A DNA stretch of 63,325 nt, filler included, from Reclinomonas americana ATCC 50394 (taxonomy: Eukaryota), in the NCBI GenBank assembly GCA_048213135.1. It is 7 parts of 4 records of this genome, joined end to end, with 100 filler letters (N's around TTAATTAATTAA, not from the genome) between each part and the next. Parts side by side here need not be neighbours in the genome. Positions count along the whole stretch, not along the records: positions 37,019 to 42,414 come from PS015055.1; positions 42,515 to 50,222 come from PS015055.1; positions 50,323 to 56,828 come from PS015055.1; 4 more parts are not named here. One strand, 5' to 3'. A program made the translations under genes and the position numbers. The notes beneath the pieces are model-generated. The model did no database searches and was not told the origin of the DNA. It was given only the letters and a program-made list of their open reading frames with translations. Positions within the stretch are counted from its first letter, which is position 1; each line of letters starts with the position of its first letter. Shown here one piece after another: positions 38,241-50,452 of this stretch.

Positions 38241-41200
38241 ACGCACACTCACACACACACTCACGGAACACACATGCATTCCCAACCAAATCAAATCTTC
38301 TCCTTTCCAACTCTCGTTAAGCCTCCCACTCGCTGTCTCATTATCTCACCCCTTCTCTTGCCTCTCTCTNNNNNNNNNNNNNNNNNNNNNNNNNNNNNNN
38401 NNNNNNNNNNNNNNNNNNNNNNNNNNNNNNNNNNNNNNNNNNNNNNNNNNNNNNNNNNNNNNNNNNNNNNNNNNNNNNNNNNNNNNNNNNNNNNNNNNNN
38501 NNNNNNNNNNNNNNNNNNNNNNNNNNNNNNNNNNNNNNNNNNNNNNNNNNNNNNNNNNNNNNNNNNNNNNNNNNNNNNNNNNNNNNNNNNNNNNNNNNNN
38601 NNNTGCGTGCGCACGCTCAGGCCTTCAATGAGCCCGGAACCCCGTTGCATACACGCACCCGCATGGTGGTCCTGGACGAACAGACTCGTTTCGTACTTGC
38701 GTGTTCCCCCGTGTTGCTGCTGTTGCTGCTCACCAGCCATGCAGGTCGCGATGCTGCCACGGCGTTTTTCGGTGCCGAGAATGTGCCGCTGCGTGCGCTG
38801 ACGGTCCGTACTCTCTGGGCATGCGTCGCCTTTCTCTCTTGCAATCGTCGCCTCCTCACGCTCCTCGCCGACAGATGGGCGTGGAGACCATTGCCAACTC
38901 ACGCCGCATTCTTGTGCTGGCCACCGGCGAGGGCAAGTCGCGCATCGTCAAGGCGGCCCTGGAGGGCCCACAGACCACACACGTGCCGGTGTCGTGCTTG
39001 CAGTCGCACCGCAACTGCCGTTTCATTGTCGATCATGCTGCGGCGGAGTTACTGGAGCGGTGAGTGGCGAGAGAGGGAAAAGGGGGAGGGCAAATGAGGA
39101 AGTGGGGGTAGGAGAAGCACGATGCACTCTCGCGAACGCTTACCGAAATCTCTNNNNNNNNNNNNNNNNNNNNNNNNNNNNNNNNNNNNNNNNNNNNNNN
39201 NNNNNNNNNNNNNNNNNNNNNNNNNNNNNNNNNNNNNNNNNNNNNNNNNNNNNNNNNNNNNNNNNNNNNNNNNNNNNNNNNNNNNNNNNNNNNNNNNNNN
39301 NNNNNNNNNNNNNNNNNNNNNNNNNNNNNNNNNNNNNNNNNNNNNNNNNNNNNNNNNNNNNNNNNNNNNNNNNNNNNNNNNNNNNNNNNNNNNNNNNNNN
39401 NNNNNNNNNNNNNNNNNNNNNNNNNNNNNNNNNNNNNNNNNNNNNNNNNNNNNNNNNNNNNNNNNNNNNNNNNNNNNNNNNNNNNNNNNNNNNNNNNNNN
39501 NNNNNNNNNNNNNNNNNNNNNNNNNNNNNNNNNNNNNNNNNNNNNNNNNNNNNNNNNNNNNNNNNNNNNNNNNNNNNNNNNNNNNNNNNNNNNNNNNNNN
39601 NNNNNNNNNNNNNNNNNNNNNNNNNNNNNNNNNNNNNNNNNNNNNNNNNNNNNNNNNNNNNNNNNNNNNNNNNNNNNNNNNNNNNNNNNNNNNNNNNNNN
39701 NNNNNNNNNNNNNNNNNNNNNNNNNNNNNNNNNNNNNNNNNNNNNNNNNNNNNNNNNNNNNNNNNNNNNNNNNNNNNNNNNNNNNNNNNNNNNNNNNNNN
39801 NNNNNNNNNNNNNNNNNNNNNNNNNNNNNNNNNNNNNNNNNNNNNNNNNNNNNNNNNNNNNNNNNNNNNNNNNNNNNNNNNNNNNNNNNNNNNNNNNNNN
39901 NNNNNNNNNNNNNNNNNNNNNNNNNNNNNNNNNNNNNNNNNNNNNNNNNNNNNNNNNNNNNNNNNNNNNNNNNNNNNNNNNNNNNNNNNNNNNNNNNNNN
40001 NNNNNNNNNNNNNCACGAGAAATGCGCATCGTGGTCGTAATCGAGCTTTGGCGATCGTGAATACTGTAGCGAGTAAGTGAGAGAACCATGGAAGCAAAGT
40101 TTGCAGTAACTGAAGGCGCGTCATGGTCGTACTCGAGCTTTGGCGATCTTGAATACTCTAGCGAGTGAGCAAGAGGAGTGCGGGAGCTGAGTTCACAGTG
40201 CACATGAAGCATTGCGTACATGAGTGAGCATTCAATCGCTCTTGAACACTAAGTGAGGCAACTGAGAAGGCGCATGGTCGATGTTGAATACTGTGGCGAG
40301 TGCAACTTGAGCTGAGATTGCAGTTCCACATGATTGCAATGAGCAACTGAGCTAGATTTAGTACGCTCTTGAATGCTGCGACAGAGGAAGCGAGTTTGTT
40401 GATGGATGTTCAACAAGCGATTGAGTGGCGTGGATGGAGGGCGACAGGGAGTCTCATTTCTGACTCCACGCAGCGCCTGGGCATGGGCGAGGAGCACGCG
40501 CACTTCCTCAACCTGCCGTTCTACCAGACTGGTGCGCAAGCTGTTTTATAGTCGCTCATCCTTCATCGCCGTAACTCACAGATCTCTCGTTAAAAAATAG
40601 GCACCATCGAGAAGAAGACTGTGGGCGAGGAGGACGTGCAGATTGTGTACGAGCTGCTGCAGAAGCTCCGACCACACCACATTTTCCTGGCTGGCGATCT
40701 CACCGACCCACACGGCACACATCATATCCTTTTGTCGTCGCCCAGCTGCTGTGCTCTCGCCTTTTCTCCCTTCGTGTCTCCTTGACTCCTCCTCCTCCTC
40801 CTCCTCACGCCAGTGCTACTTTGCCATCCGCGACGCCCACATCCGCTACAAGGAGCTGTGCTTTGCCAATCAGGAAGAGTTCCCGCTGCCGCTGGTCTAC
40901 CTGTACCGCGGTGCTTGGCAAGAGTGGAATCTGGAGGACGTGTCGCTCTTTGTGCCGTTCTCGCCGACGGAGATGGACATTAAGATTCACAGCATTTTCG
41001 CGCACGAGAGTCAGAAGGACAAGGCCATGTACCCCGGCAATGATGAGCGGTGAGTGGGGGGCGAAGGGGAGAGGGTGAAGGGGAAGGAAGGGACGCAAGA
41101 ATGAGAGCGAGTTGTCATATTTGAAAGAGTAATCACCAAAGGAAGAGAGAGTCGCATGGGACTCACCCGCGTCCCCTCTGCAGTGAATTCTGGCAACGCG

Positions 41201-41379
41201 CTCGTGACCGCAATCGCGCCACCGCCGCTGCCGTGGCCGCTCTCGGATTGCCCAAGTTGCGTCCTCTCCACCGATCATTCCTCGATTCATCACCACACTT
41301 ACACGTCGCGAACCACAGTTTCGGAGCCATGGAGGCCTTTGTGATTGTCGACGACATCCCTCTCGGCCGTCTCCGTTAA
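37087..41379 (+). CDS. nagB: Two-domain glucosamine-6-phosphate deaminase (NagB plus PIG-L/LmbE-like C-terminal domain), partial
   Basis: VLGLPTGSTP, TFNL|DEYYP, GHI|AFNEPG, ALT|MGV, LATGEGK; C-terminal HFLNLPFYQTG, AGDLTDPHGTHR, LYRGAWQEW, IFAHESQKD, EFWQRA and MEAFV. One exon lies inverted at 37823-37884. Confidence 0.92.
37823..37884 (-). CDS. nagB: Internal nagB exon on an inverted contig
   Basis: AIEAAGGIDIMILGIGRNGHI; its phases fit the flanking + strand exons exactly. Confidence 0.88.
40724..40808 (+). other. U12-type AT-AC intron (85 nt)
   Basis: Donor ATATCCTTT, branch site TCCTTGAC (40779-40786), acceptor CAC; removal gives DPHGTHRQCYFAI. Confidence 0.9.
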
Positions 41380-41477
41380 ACCGACGCCTCGTCTCCTCCT
41401 TCTCTCCCTCCCCCACTCGACTATCGCTTCGTGCACCACCACAACCACCACCACCATTAAAACCAAGCGCGGAGCGT

Positions 41478-41750
41478 TCATCTCTTGGGTTTGATAATTC
41501 GCTGCCGAAACGCCGCCTCGCCCGCCTCCGCATAATCCGCACGCAAGTGCGCAAACAGTGGCGAATCACACGGAATGACGTCCGACTCGAGCTGCACGCC
41601 ATCCGCTCGCCGATACGTGAAATACGCAATCTCATCACTGCCCTCCAACGACAACGCCTCCGCCGTCTGCGCATACAGACCCTCCAGCGTCAGCGGCAGT
41701 GGAATACGAACGCGCATCACTCGCGGCTGCTGCTGCTCGACAGTCACATC
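41478..41750 (-). CDS. Probable last exon of an unidentified gene
   Basis: Coding-like ORF (RVRIPLPLTLEGLYAQTAEALSL...YFTYRRADG) ending in TGA, convergent with nagB. Confidence 0.5.
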   Translation of the reverse strand, partial: DVTVEQQQPRVMRVRIPLPLTLEGLYAQTAEALSLEGSDEIAYFTYRRADGVQLESDVIPCDSPLFAHLRADYAEAGEAAFRQRIIKPKR

Positions 41751-42514
41751 CACCGCACTGACACTGATCCGCTAATGAGCACAGAAAACGGAAGAACTGG
41801 CAGAGTGTGGAACGAAACGCTCGTGTCGCGCTGGAGTCGATCACGTGAATGTCAAGCAGAGGCCGGTCGGACTGCGAAGAAGGAGAAGGATGAGCAGAAG
41901 GAGAAGGCGAAGGATACGGAGAAGGATAAGGAAGAGAAGGAATAGAAGGAAAAGGCGAAGGATAAAGCGAGGAAATCGCGAAGAAGAATGCAGCGAAGGA
42001 TGAGAAGAAGGATAAGGCGAGGGTGAAGAGCGAGGATGAGGAGATGGAGGAGAAGAAGGGCGAGGAGGAGAAGGAAGAGCAGGAAACGGCGAAGGATGAG
42101 GTGACGGATAAGACGAAGAAGGAAGGTGAAGGATGGAGGCCAAGGCTGAGATAACGAAGGATGAGGAGAACGGTTACGAAGGATAAGGTGACGAATAAGG
42201 AGAAGGATATGGCGAAGGATGAGGCGAAGGACTGAGATACCGAAGGATGAATGAAGGATAAGGTGACGGATAAGACGAAGGACAAGAAGGTGAAGGAAAA
42301 GGCGACGGATAAGGAGAGAAAGGCGAAGGATAGGGCGAAGAGGCGACGGATAAGGCGTCGCCTTTTAACGCCTAACGCTACAGATCCATCTTCTCTCTCT
42401 CTCTCTCTCTCTCTNNNNNNNNNNNNNNNNNNNNNNNNNNNNNNNNNNNNNNNNNNNNTTAATTAATTAANNNNNNNNNNNNNNNNNNNNNNNNNNNNNN
42501 NNNNNNNNNNNNNN

Positions 42515-45500
42515 CGGCGGCGGCGGCGGCGGCTGGCGATGTCGGCAAGAAGAAACGCGCCGCTCCAGCCAAGCCCCGCATCAAAGGTGGCAAGGCCGCC
42601 GCGGCCGCAGCCGCTGCGGCTGCTGCTGCTGCCAACGCTGCGGCGGCGGCCGGTGGCATGCTTGGTGCGCCGCCACAGGCGGCATCTGCAGCGGCGGCTG
42701 CCATGGCTGCGTCACTCGCACTCTCTCAGGCGCACCAAGCGCCTGGTGCAGGTGTCTCGACGGGTGCTGGTGGCGCGCAGCAACAAGCCGCGATGATGGC
42801 TGGTGGTCTCGCGCTCGGCAGTAGTGGTGCTGCTGGTGGCAACACCGCGCAGCGCAACATGCAGTATGNNNNNNNNNNNNNNNNNNNNNNNNNNNNNNNN
42901 NNNNNNNNNNNNNNNNNNNNNNNNNNNNNNNNNNNNNNNNNNNNNNNNNNNNNNNNNNNNNNNNNNNNNNNNNNNNNNNNNNNNNNNNNNNNNNNNNNNN
43001 NNNNNNNNNNNNNNNNNNNNNNNNNNNNNNNNNNNNNNNNNNNNNNNNNNNNNNNNNNNNNNNNNNNNNNNNNNNNNNNNNNNNNNNNNNNNNNNNNNNN
43101 NNNNNNNNNNNNNNNNNNNNNNNNNNNNNNNNNNNNNNNNNNNNNNNNNNNNNNNNNNNNNNNNNNNNNNNNNNNNNNNNNNNNNNNNNNNNNNNNNNNN
43201 NNNNNNNNNNNNNNNNNNNNNNNNNNNNNNNNNNNNNNNNNNNNNNNNNNNNNNNNNNNNNNNNNNNNNNNNNNNNNNNNNNNNNNNNNNNNNNNNNNNN
43301 NNNNNNNNNNNNNNNNNNNNNNNNNNNNNNNNNNNNNNNNNNNNNNNNNNNNNNNNNNNNNNNNNNNNNNNNNNNNNNNNNNNNNNNNNNNNNNNNNNNN
43401 NNNNNNNNNNNNNNNNNNNNNNNNNNNNNNNNNNNNNNNNNNNNNNNNNNNNNNNNNNNNNNNNNNNNNNNNNNNNNNNNNNNNNNNNNNNNNNNNNNNN
43501 NNNNNNNNNNNNNNNNNNNNNNNNNNNNNNNNNNNNNNNNNNNNNNNNNNNNNNNNNNNNNNNNNNNNNNNNNNNNNNNNNNNNNNNNNNNNNNNNNNNN
43601 NNNNNNNNNNNNNNNNNNNNNNNNNNNNNNNNNNNNNNNNNNNNNNNNNNNNNNNNNNNNNNNNNNNNNNNNNNNNNNNNNNNNNNNNNNNNNNNNNNNN
43701 NNNNNNNNNNNNNNNNNNNNNNNNNNNNNNNNNNNNNNNNNNNNNNNNNNNNNNNNNNNNNNNNNNNNNNNNNNNNNNNNNNNNNNNNNNNNNNNNNNNN
43801 NNCCCCCATGTCGTCGTCGCTGCTGCTGCCATTCTTGCCCAAGCTGGCGACTGGCGGGGCGCCACAGCCTCCGCTCCAGCAGCAACAACAGCAGCAACAG
43901 CAACAGCAACAACAACACCTGCAGCAGCAGGTACGGCCGCAGCAACCGCCGCAGTCGATACAGCAACAGCAACTCCAGCAGCAGCAGCAGTTGCTGCAAC
44001 AGCAGCTCCGTCAACAGCACCAGCAAATGCTCCAGCAGCAGCAACAGAAGCAACAGCAGCTGCAACTGCAGCAACAACAGCAACAACAGCAGCAGTTGCA
44101 GCAGCAGCAACAGCAGATGCAGGCCGCCGCTGCGCAAGTGCAGTCGTCGTTGGCGGCTCTGGCCGGGAAGGCGGCAGCGGCAGCGGCGGCAGCGGCAGCA
44201 GCAGCGGCGGCTGCAGCAGCAGCGTCTTCGGCTGCGCCCGCCATGGTCACGCCACCGGCACCGGTTTCGGTGCAGAGGGCTGGAGCGGTGCGTGGTGGAG
44301 GGGAATGGAAGAGGGAAAGGAGAAGGGGGACGAGAGAGAGAGAAGGGGGAAGGGAAAGGACAGAGGGCGCGATGCAGAGTGGGGAAGGGAGAGAGATGGG
44401 GGAAGGGAAAGGAGAGAGAGAGGGAGATGCGGGGCGGAGGGAAGGGAGAGCGTGAGGGAAGAGCAGAGGACGAGGAGGATTAGGACGTGATTGTGTGAGA
44501 GGGATGAGTTGAGAGCAGTTCTGGGAGATGGGAATGAGTGGCGGTGAAGAAGAGAGAGGAGAAAGTAGATACGGCATAACAGGATGGACGGAGAAGGAGT
44601 GAGAGGAGTTGAAGAAGTCGGGGGCAGAGATGGGAAGAGATGTGGTGCTGAGCGGGACGCGAGAGAGAGAGAGAGAGCGAGAGAGAGAGGGAAGAGTAAG
44701 GGTGTCTTGTTGCAAGAGGGAACGAGGGGAAGCTGGATACAAGGGAGAGAGAGAGAGCGCGTGGAAGGAGGGAAGTGTCAGGGTTGAGGAGCGGTGTCTC
44801 GTTGCNNNNNNNNNNNNNNNNNNNNTAGGGAGGACGGGTGGGTGCCACATAGCTACGTGGCAAATCGCGTTCGGTCTCATGTTTGCGTTTCGCACACTAC
44901 AGCAATCGGCAGCCTCCGCCGCAGTCGCTTCAGAGACAACAACGTCTGCATCGACCGCCAGTTCGGACATTGACCGGCGATCCGAGGATGATATCGTGCT
45001 GGAGCCGGTGGCTTACGATGAGTTATTGCTGGTGGAGCCGCACTGGGTCACCGAGACGAATGATTCCACGCAGCGCTGTTGCGTAAGAGGGGAAAGGAGA
45101 GGGAGGGTGAGGGGAAGAAGGGAAAGGAGAGGGAAAGGGAAGAGAGACCGTGTCTCTGCAGTTCTTTGTCGTCTCTTTCTCTGTAATTGTGTGCATGCGA
45201 GAGGCAGATTCGTGCGCTGGATCTTTTCTCTTTCTCGCTTCCTTTGTAAGTGTCTCTGCAGTTCTTTGTCGTCGCTTTCTCTTGATTGTGCAGGCAGATT
45301 CATGAGCCGGATCTTGTCTGTTTCTCGCTTCCATTGTAAGCGTGGATGCATGTGGGAGACAAGGGTAGAGATGGGAAAATCATGCCTGTGTTTCCTGCCA
45401 GTTTTTGTTGTCTCTTCCTTCGTGATTGTTTGAGTGCGTGTGCGTGTGCGAGAGGCAGAGACTGGGTGTTTGTTACTTGCGCCCTGTGTATACAATTTAC

Positions 45501-46762
45501 TATCTTGCATGTGTAAGCGTGGATGTACGTGGGAGGCAGCTGCAGGGAGCATGTGCTGCCTTTTTGTGTGTTCTATGCATGTGGATGTGCTTCGTGGCTG
45601 AGCTGGATTGTTCTTTGATTTTCTCTCTTTCGCTCTCTCTATTTATGTGTGTTAGAGTGAGAGAGCAGGAGGAGAATGAATCAGGCGTGTCTCTTTGTTT
45701 TTCTTTCTCTCACTCTCTCTCTCCCTCCCTTCCCCTGCCCGTCTCCCTCTCCCTCTCTTCCCACCTTGTGCTCACTCCTCTCCTCTCCCCTCTACAGTCG
45801 AGCAAGGCCTTCGCGACCGTCGCGCACAAGACGTGCGCGCTCTGCGCCGCCTGGTCGATCCCGAATTCTCCTCGCTGCTGCGCGACATGGAGGACCACGA
45901 GCTGGTGCCGGTGCTGGGTGGTGCATTGGCGTACCTCAAGTCGCAGGCGGAGAGACGCGAACCCCACCCGCTGCCGCCGCCGCTGCGCTCGCGACCGGCC
46001 ACGGCATTGGTGGAGAAGCGAGTGACGTCGTTGCATGAGACGTCGTTGGAGGATTTGGTGGCGGAGCACCGCTCACGCCTCAACTACGTGCGCAATCGGC
46101 GACCACCGCAGCCGCCCAAGGACGGCGGCGGCGATCGCGGCGACGCGGATTACGAGGCGGCGGGAGGCGACAACGACAGCGACGGAATGCAAGTGGATGA
46201 GGACGAGGGCGGCGATGCGGATGACGAGGAGGGTGCCGGTGATGAGCGAGCTGCCAATGGCGCCCGCAAGGCTGCCGGGGGAGCGTCGAAGAAGAAGTCG
46301 CCGCTCGAGTCGTCGGCACAAAAGAAGAAGGGCGCCTCCACGCCGACTGCCGCCTCGTCGTCCTCGCGAATGCGGGGCTCCGATGCTTTTGCGCGAGGCC
46401 GGCAGGCACAGGCACAACGGCGGTTGCTCGCGTCGCGTCGCGGTGATCGCTTGACGCGATTGTGTGCGCCGTTGTGGAAGCGCGAAGGCTTGCAGTTCTG
46501 TGCGCATCTGCAGCCTACCACGGACATTGCGGATCGCGAGTTTGGCGGCACGGGTGGCGGTCAGAGCAGTGCCGATGTGTGGGACACGCTGGAGGCCGAT
46601 GTGGCACTGCTGCATAATCTGGAGCGCGAGACGTTTGCGGCGATGCAGCAGCATGCCAACTTTGCCGTGTCGTACAGCGACAGCGAGGAGGAGGCGGAGG
46701 AGGAGAAGAAGGGTGAGGGAGAGAGTGCGGGTAAGGAGACTGCGGTGGCGGTGAACAGATGA
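42515..46762 (+). CDS. Large Gln/Ala-rich protein of unknown family, 5'-truncated
   Basis: Poly-A and poly-Q exons spliced in frame to DIVLEPVAYDELLLVEPHW and a long last exon ending in TGA at 46760-46762. Confidence 0.65.
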
Positions 46763-46962
46763 CGAGGGTGGGAAGAGTGAAAAATGATAGTAATTTGACA
46801 GACGAACGGTAGGTGACTGCTTGCTACGGAGTCTGCGTTTTATTTGTCAGTGCGTCCACGGATACAGACTGCAACACACAGCAGTGACGAGGTTGAACAG
46901 TGGATTTGACGCACTTGTGTTTCTGCTAAACACAATTATGGTGAATTACATTATCACATGAT

Positions 46963-47988
46963 CTATCTCGTCGGCTCTGGCTTCTCCAGAGCGTAGCGCA
47001 CGGCTCGCACCACCTCACCCGTCGGCACAATCTTGTAGTTGTCTGTTTGTGGAGAATGTAAGCAAAAATCAGTGCCGAGCGTGAAGCACAGGAAACCGCC
47101 AACCATTGTAGTCCAGATCGACGTGAAGCTGCAAGTGCTCCAGACCCTACACGTTTAGCACATGGTCAGCATTTGAAACACACAGTGACAGTCAGACCTC
47201 CGCGCGCATACCAACACTGCACATCAAGAGCAAAAGGTGAGCACAATGAGATTCTCTTTCCCTCTTCCTCCCTCACACGCACCGTGGCTCAAGTGCCAGT
47301 AATTAGTGGCCTCCTTGTAGCCGATGATCTCCACCAGCACGGCACCCGGCTGCGCATACACCAAGTTGGCCAGCGCTCCACCATGACCCGACACCACCAC
47401 GCGGGCACGAGCAAACAGCCGCCCGGCCTCCCGCAGCGTGTAATCGGATCCCACAAACTCCACAAACTGGACCTACGTGAGCATCACCACATGCGCAAAA
47501 CAACAAAGCAACAATAGGATCACCTCCTCCTGCGGAAACTCGCGACGAATGGCCTCCACAATCGACTCGTAGTTGATGAGGTTGCGCACGGAGCCGTGGT
47601 ACCGCGACGGATCCACCATGTTGAGCGTGCGCTTCACCAGCACAATGAGGCGACGCTCGTGCCACGCGAGTGGTGGTTCGATGGAGCGCGTGAGGAAACG
47701 ACGAGCGGCGCGCACGCCGACGGCCGCCGGCCACTGCACCGGCCACGAGGGAAAATTGCCGAGCAGCAGCAACTCGTCGACGTGGAAGAGTGCCGACGAG
47801 GCGCCGGTTGGGTGCAGGCAGCGATGCATGCGGTGGGCGGGGATGCCGAGTTCGTCGCGCATGAGGGTCTCGGCGTAGGTGGAGGGAGTGATGAAGTGCA
47901 GATCGGGGGTCCAGGCGGGGGATTCGGAGAGGAGGACCAGTTGGCCAAAGGCGTCGACGAGGAAGTGTTGCCAGGGGGCGGAGAAGCC
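46963..47988 (-). CDS. Glycosyltransferase family 61 (DUF563) protein, 3' part
   Basis: WQHFLVD, RNLINYESI, LFARARVVVSGHGGALANLVY...VLVEI and YWHLSH-VL-GLEH match GT61 motifs. Confidence 0.85.
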
Positions 47989-49037
47989 CTGAACAGGGGG
48001 AGAAGGGGGAAGGGGGATCAAGGGGAAAGGGGGGAAGGGGGAAGAAATGAGGATGAGGAAAGAAGTTTTGTGCGCGCAGATGAGAGGTGTGTGACAGAAG
48101 GAAGGGATTGAAGGAGATGAGGCATGCAAACAACATGAAGAGCGCGACGGAGATGCGGGAATGGTGAAGACATGAGAGGGAAGGACGAACTGGGAGGAGT
48201 GAGAAAGAGTGCAAGAAAAAGGGGAGTGCAGGCGGGACCAAAGCAGTTCGAGAGAAAGAGAGAGAAATCCAGAAAGCGAAATGAGAAGGAAACGGCGCAG
48301 CATGGATGCTGGTTTGCAAGTCAATGATAAAGCGCCGCGGAGAGAGACAGAAAGAGAGAGAACAGAGAGTAATCCGGGAAGCAAATATGTAGTGAACAGC
48401 GAAGCATAGCTGTTGAGCGGCAAGTGAGTGGCGAAAAGAGAGAGAGAGAGTAACTTAGGAAGCAAACGAGTGGTGAAGTGCGAAGAATAGCTTTTAAACT
48501 GCAACAGAACGATGTTGTAATTGGAGAGAAGAGAGAGAAACCTCGGAAGCGAAAAGAAAGAAAACGGCGCACAATGGATGTTGGTCTGCGCATGAATGAT
48601 GAGGTCACCCGGAGGGAGACAGCNNNNNNNNNNNNNNNNNNNNNNNNNNNNNNNNNNNNNNNNNNNNNNNNNNNNNNNNNNNNNNNNNNNNNNNNNNNNN
48701 NNNNNNNNNNNNNNNNNNNNNNNNNNNNNNNNNNNNNNNNNNNNNNNNNNNNNNNNNNNNNNNNNNNNNNNNNNNNNNNNNNNNNNNNNNNNNNNNNNNN
48801 NNNNNNNNNNNNNNNNNNNNNNNNNNNNNNNNNNNNNNNNNNNNNNNNNNNNNNNNNNNNNNNNNNNNNNNNNNNNNNNNNNNNNNNNNNNNNNNNNNNN
48901 NNNNNNNNNNNNNNNNNNNNNNNNNNNNNNNNNNNNNNNNNNNNNNNNNNNNNNNNNNNNNNNNNNNNNNNNNNNNNNNNNNNNNNNNNNNNNNNNNNNG
49001 CCCTCCTTCTCCCTCACTCTCCTTCCCTCTTTCTCAG

Positions 49038-49734
49038 AACATCGTCCACCACGAATGCCCCACCACCAATGGCTACTGGCCACTGCAACCACTGCACTAC
49101 TACCCGCACCTGCAGTGCCGCAATCGTCGCATCATTGAGTGGCCTCTCGTGGACAGCATACCCGGTGCGCAATTACTTGTCAAGCTCGATGCCGAGGCCG
49201 TGGCGCGACCTGGTGCGCGCTTTCTGGCACCACCAGCGCAACAAGCGACAGCGTTGTATGGTTTGTGTGCCTCGCGGTGTCTCTCTCTCTTTCCTTCGCC
49301 CTCTTTACCATGTGCCATCAGCTCCAGTGTGCACTGAGCACGCTCGTGGCGAGCTTGAGGAGTCGCCTCCACGTGCGCTCCCATTCTGCGGCGATGATGT
49401 GTGCAACTGTAGGGCGATGGCGTACCACTTGACGGTGTCGCGACGGCGTGAGTACTGGCCCGTGGCGCACTGTCGCGATCAGCAGGAGCAGCAGCAGCAG
49501 AGATATGAGTTGGGTGATAAGCGGCTCAGCGACGAGCCGTGCACGTGTGACGAGCAGACGCGTGAGTGGCGCGTGTATCGGCTGCCGAATGTCACCTTCA
49601 AGGAGACCATCAGTGGGGGAGCTCTGTATGGGGAGTCGTGGGTGCTGTTCCACCCGACGTACTATCACCTGCCGACGACGGTGATGGTGAGGGAGCCGAA
49701 TGCGCGGTTTGCCCGGGCTGTGAATTTGTGCTGG
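49038..49734 (+). CDS. Probable upstream exons of the GT61 gene on an inverted contig
   Basis: Exon ends ...RAVNLCW|GTGAGT in phase 0, compatible with AG|GFSAPWQHFLVD on the minus strand; segment is bounded by gaps. Confidence 0.6.
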
Positions 49735-50351
49735 GTGAGTGAAAGGGAGAAGGGAGGAGAGGAGGGAAGGGAGAATAGAGGAGAAGAGAGAGGAGAGGAG
49801 GAGAATAGAGCGTGCAGTCCATTACTTTGTCGTCTCGCTCTCTCTCTCTCTCTCTCTCTCGTTGCACAAACGCTCGCAGATCGACAGCTATGTTGCGCTG
49901 TTCACTTCTGACTGTGCTTCCCCGATAATTATCTCTCTTTGTCTCTCACTTGTTTCACCATTCACTTGCCGTTTCCTTCTGATTCCGCTCGGTGACTCTC
50001 TCTCTCTCTCTCGCTCTCTCTATCTCTCTCTCTCTCTATTTGTGTTTCTCGCTGAAATCCCTCATCATTCACTTGCTTTCAAGCGTGCTTTGCTTTTCTT
50101 CTCATTTGCTTCCTGGATTGCGCGCGCGTTCTCTCTCTTTCTCTCTTGATTTATCATCGTATGCCGTTCAACGTCGTTTCTTCTTTCTTTGCTTCCTCGG
50201 TTACTATCTCTATTCTTTCTTTNNNNNNNNNNNNNNNNNNNNNNNNNNNNNNNNNNNNNNNNNNNNTTAATTAATTAANNNNNNNNNNNNNNNNNNNNNN
50301 NNNNNNNNNNNNNNNNNNNNNNCGTGTGTGTGTGTGTGTGTCGTCGTCGTC

Positions 50352-50430
<79 letters not shown>

Positions 50431-50452
50431 TCTCTCTCTCTTCCTCTCTCAC

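Noticed and set aside
37771-38369. Exons on the opposite strand from their genes (nagB here; GT61 at 49000-50222; RGS at 55844-56828), suggesting trans-splicing or gene scrambling
   Set aside because: Each inverted piece is a whole contig bounded by N gaps, so mis-oriented scaffolding is simpler; long reads would settle it.
41870-42414. Lys/Glu/Asp-rich ORF-like stretch (similar noise at 30074-30200)
   Set aside because: Broken frames at a contig end; looks like low-quality pyrosequencing of simple repeats.
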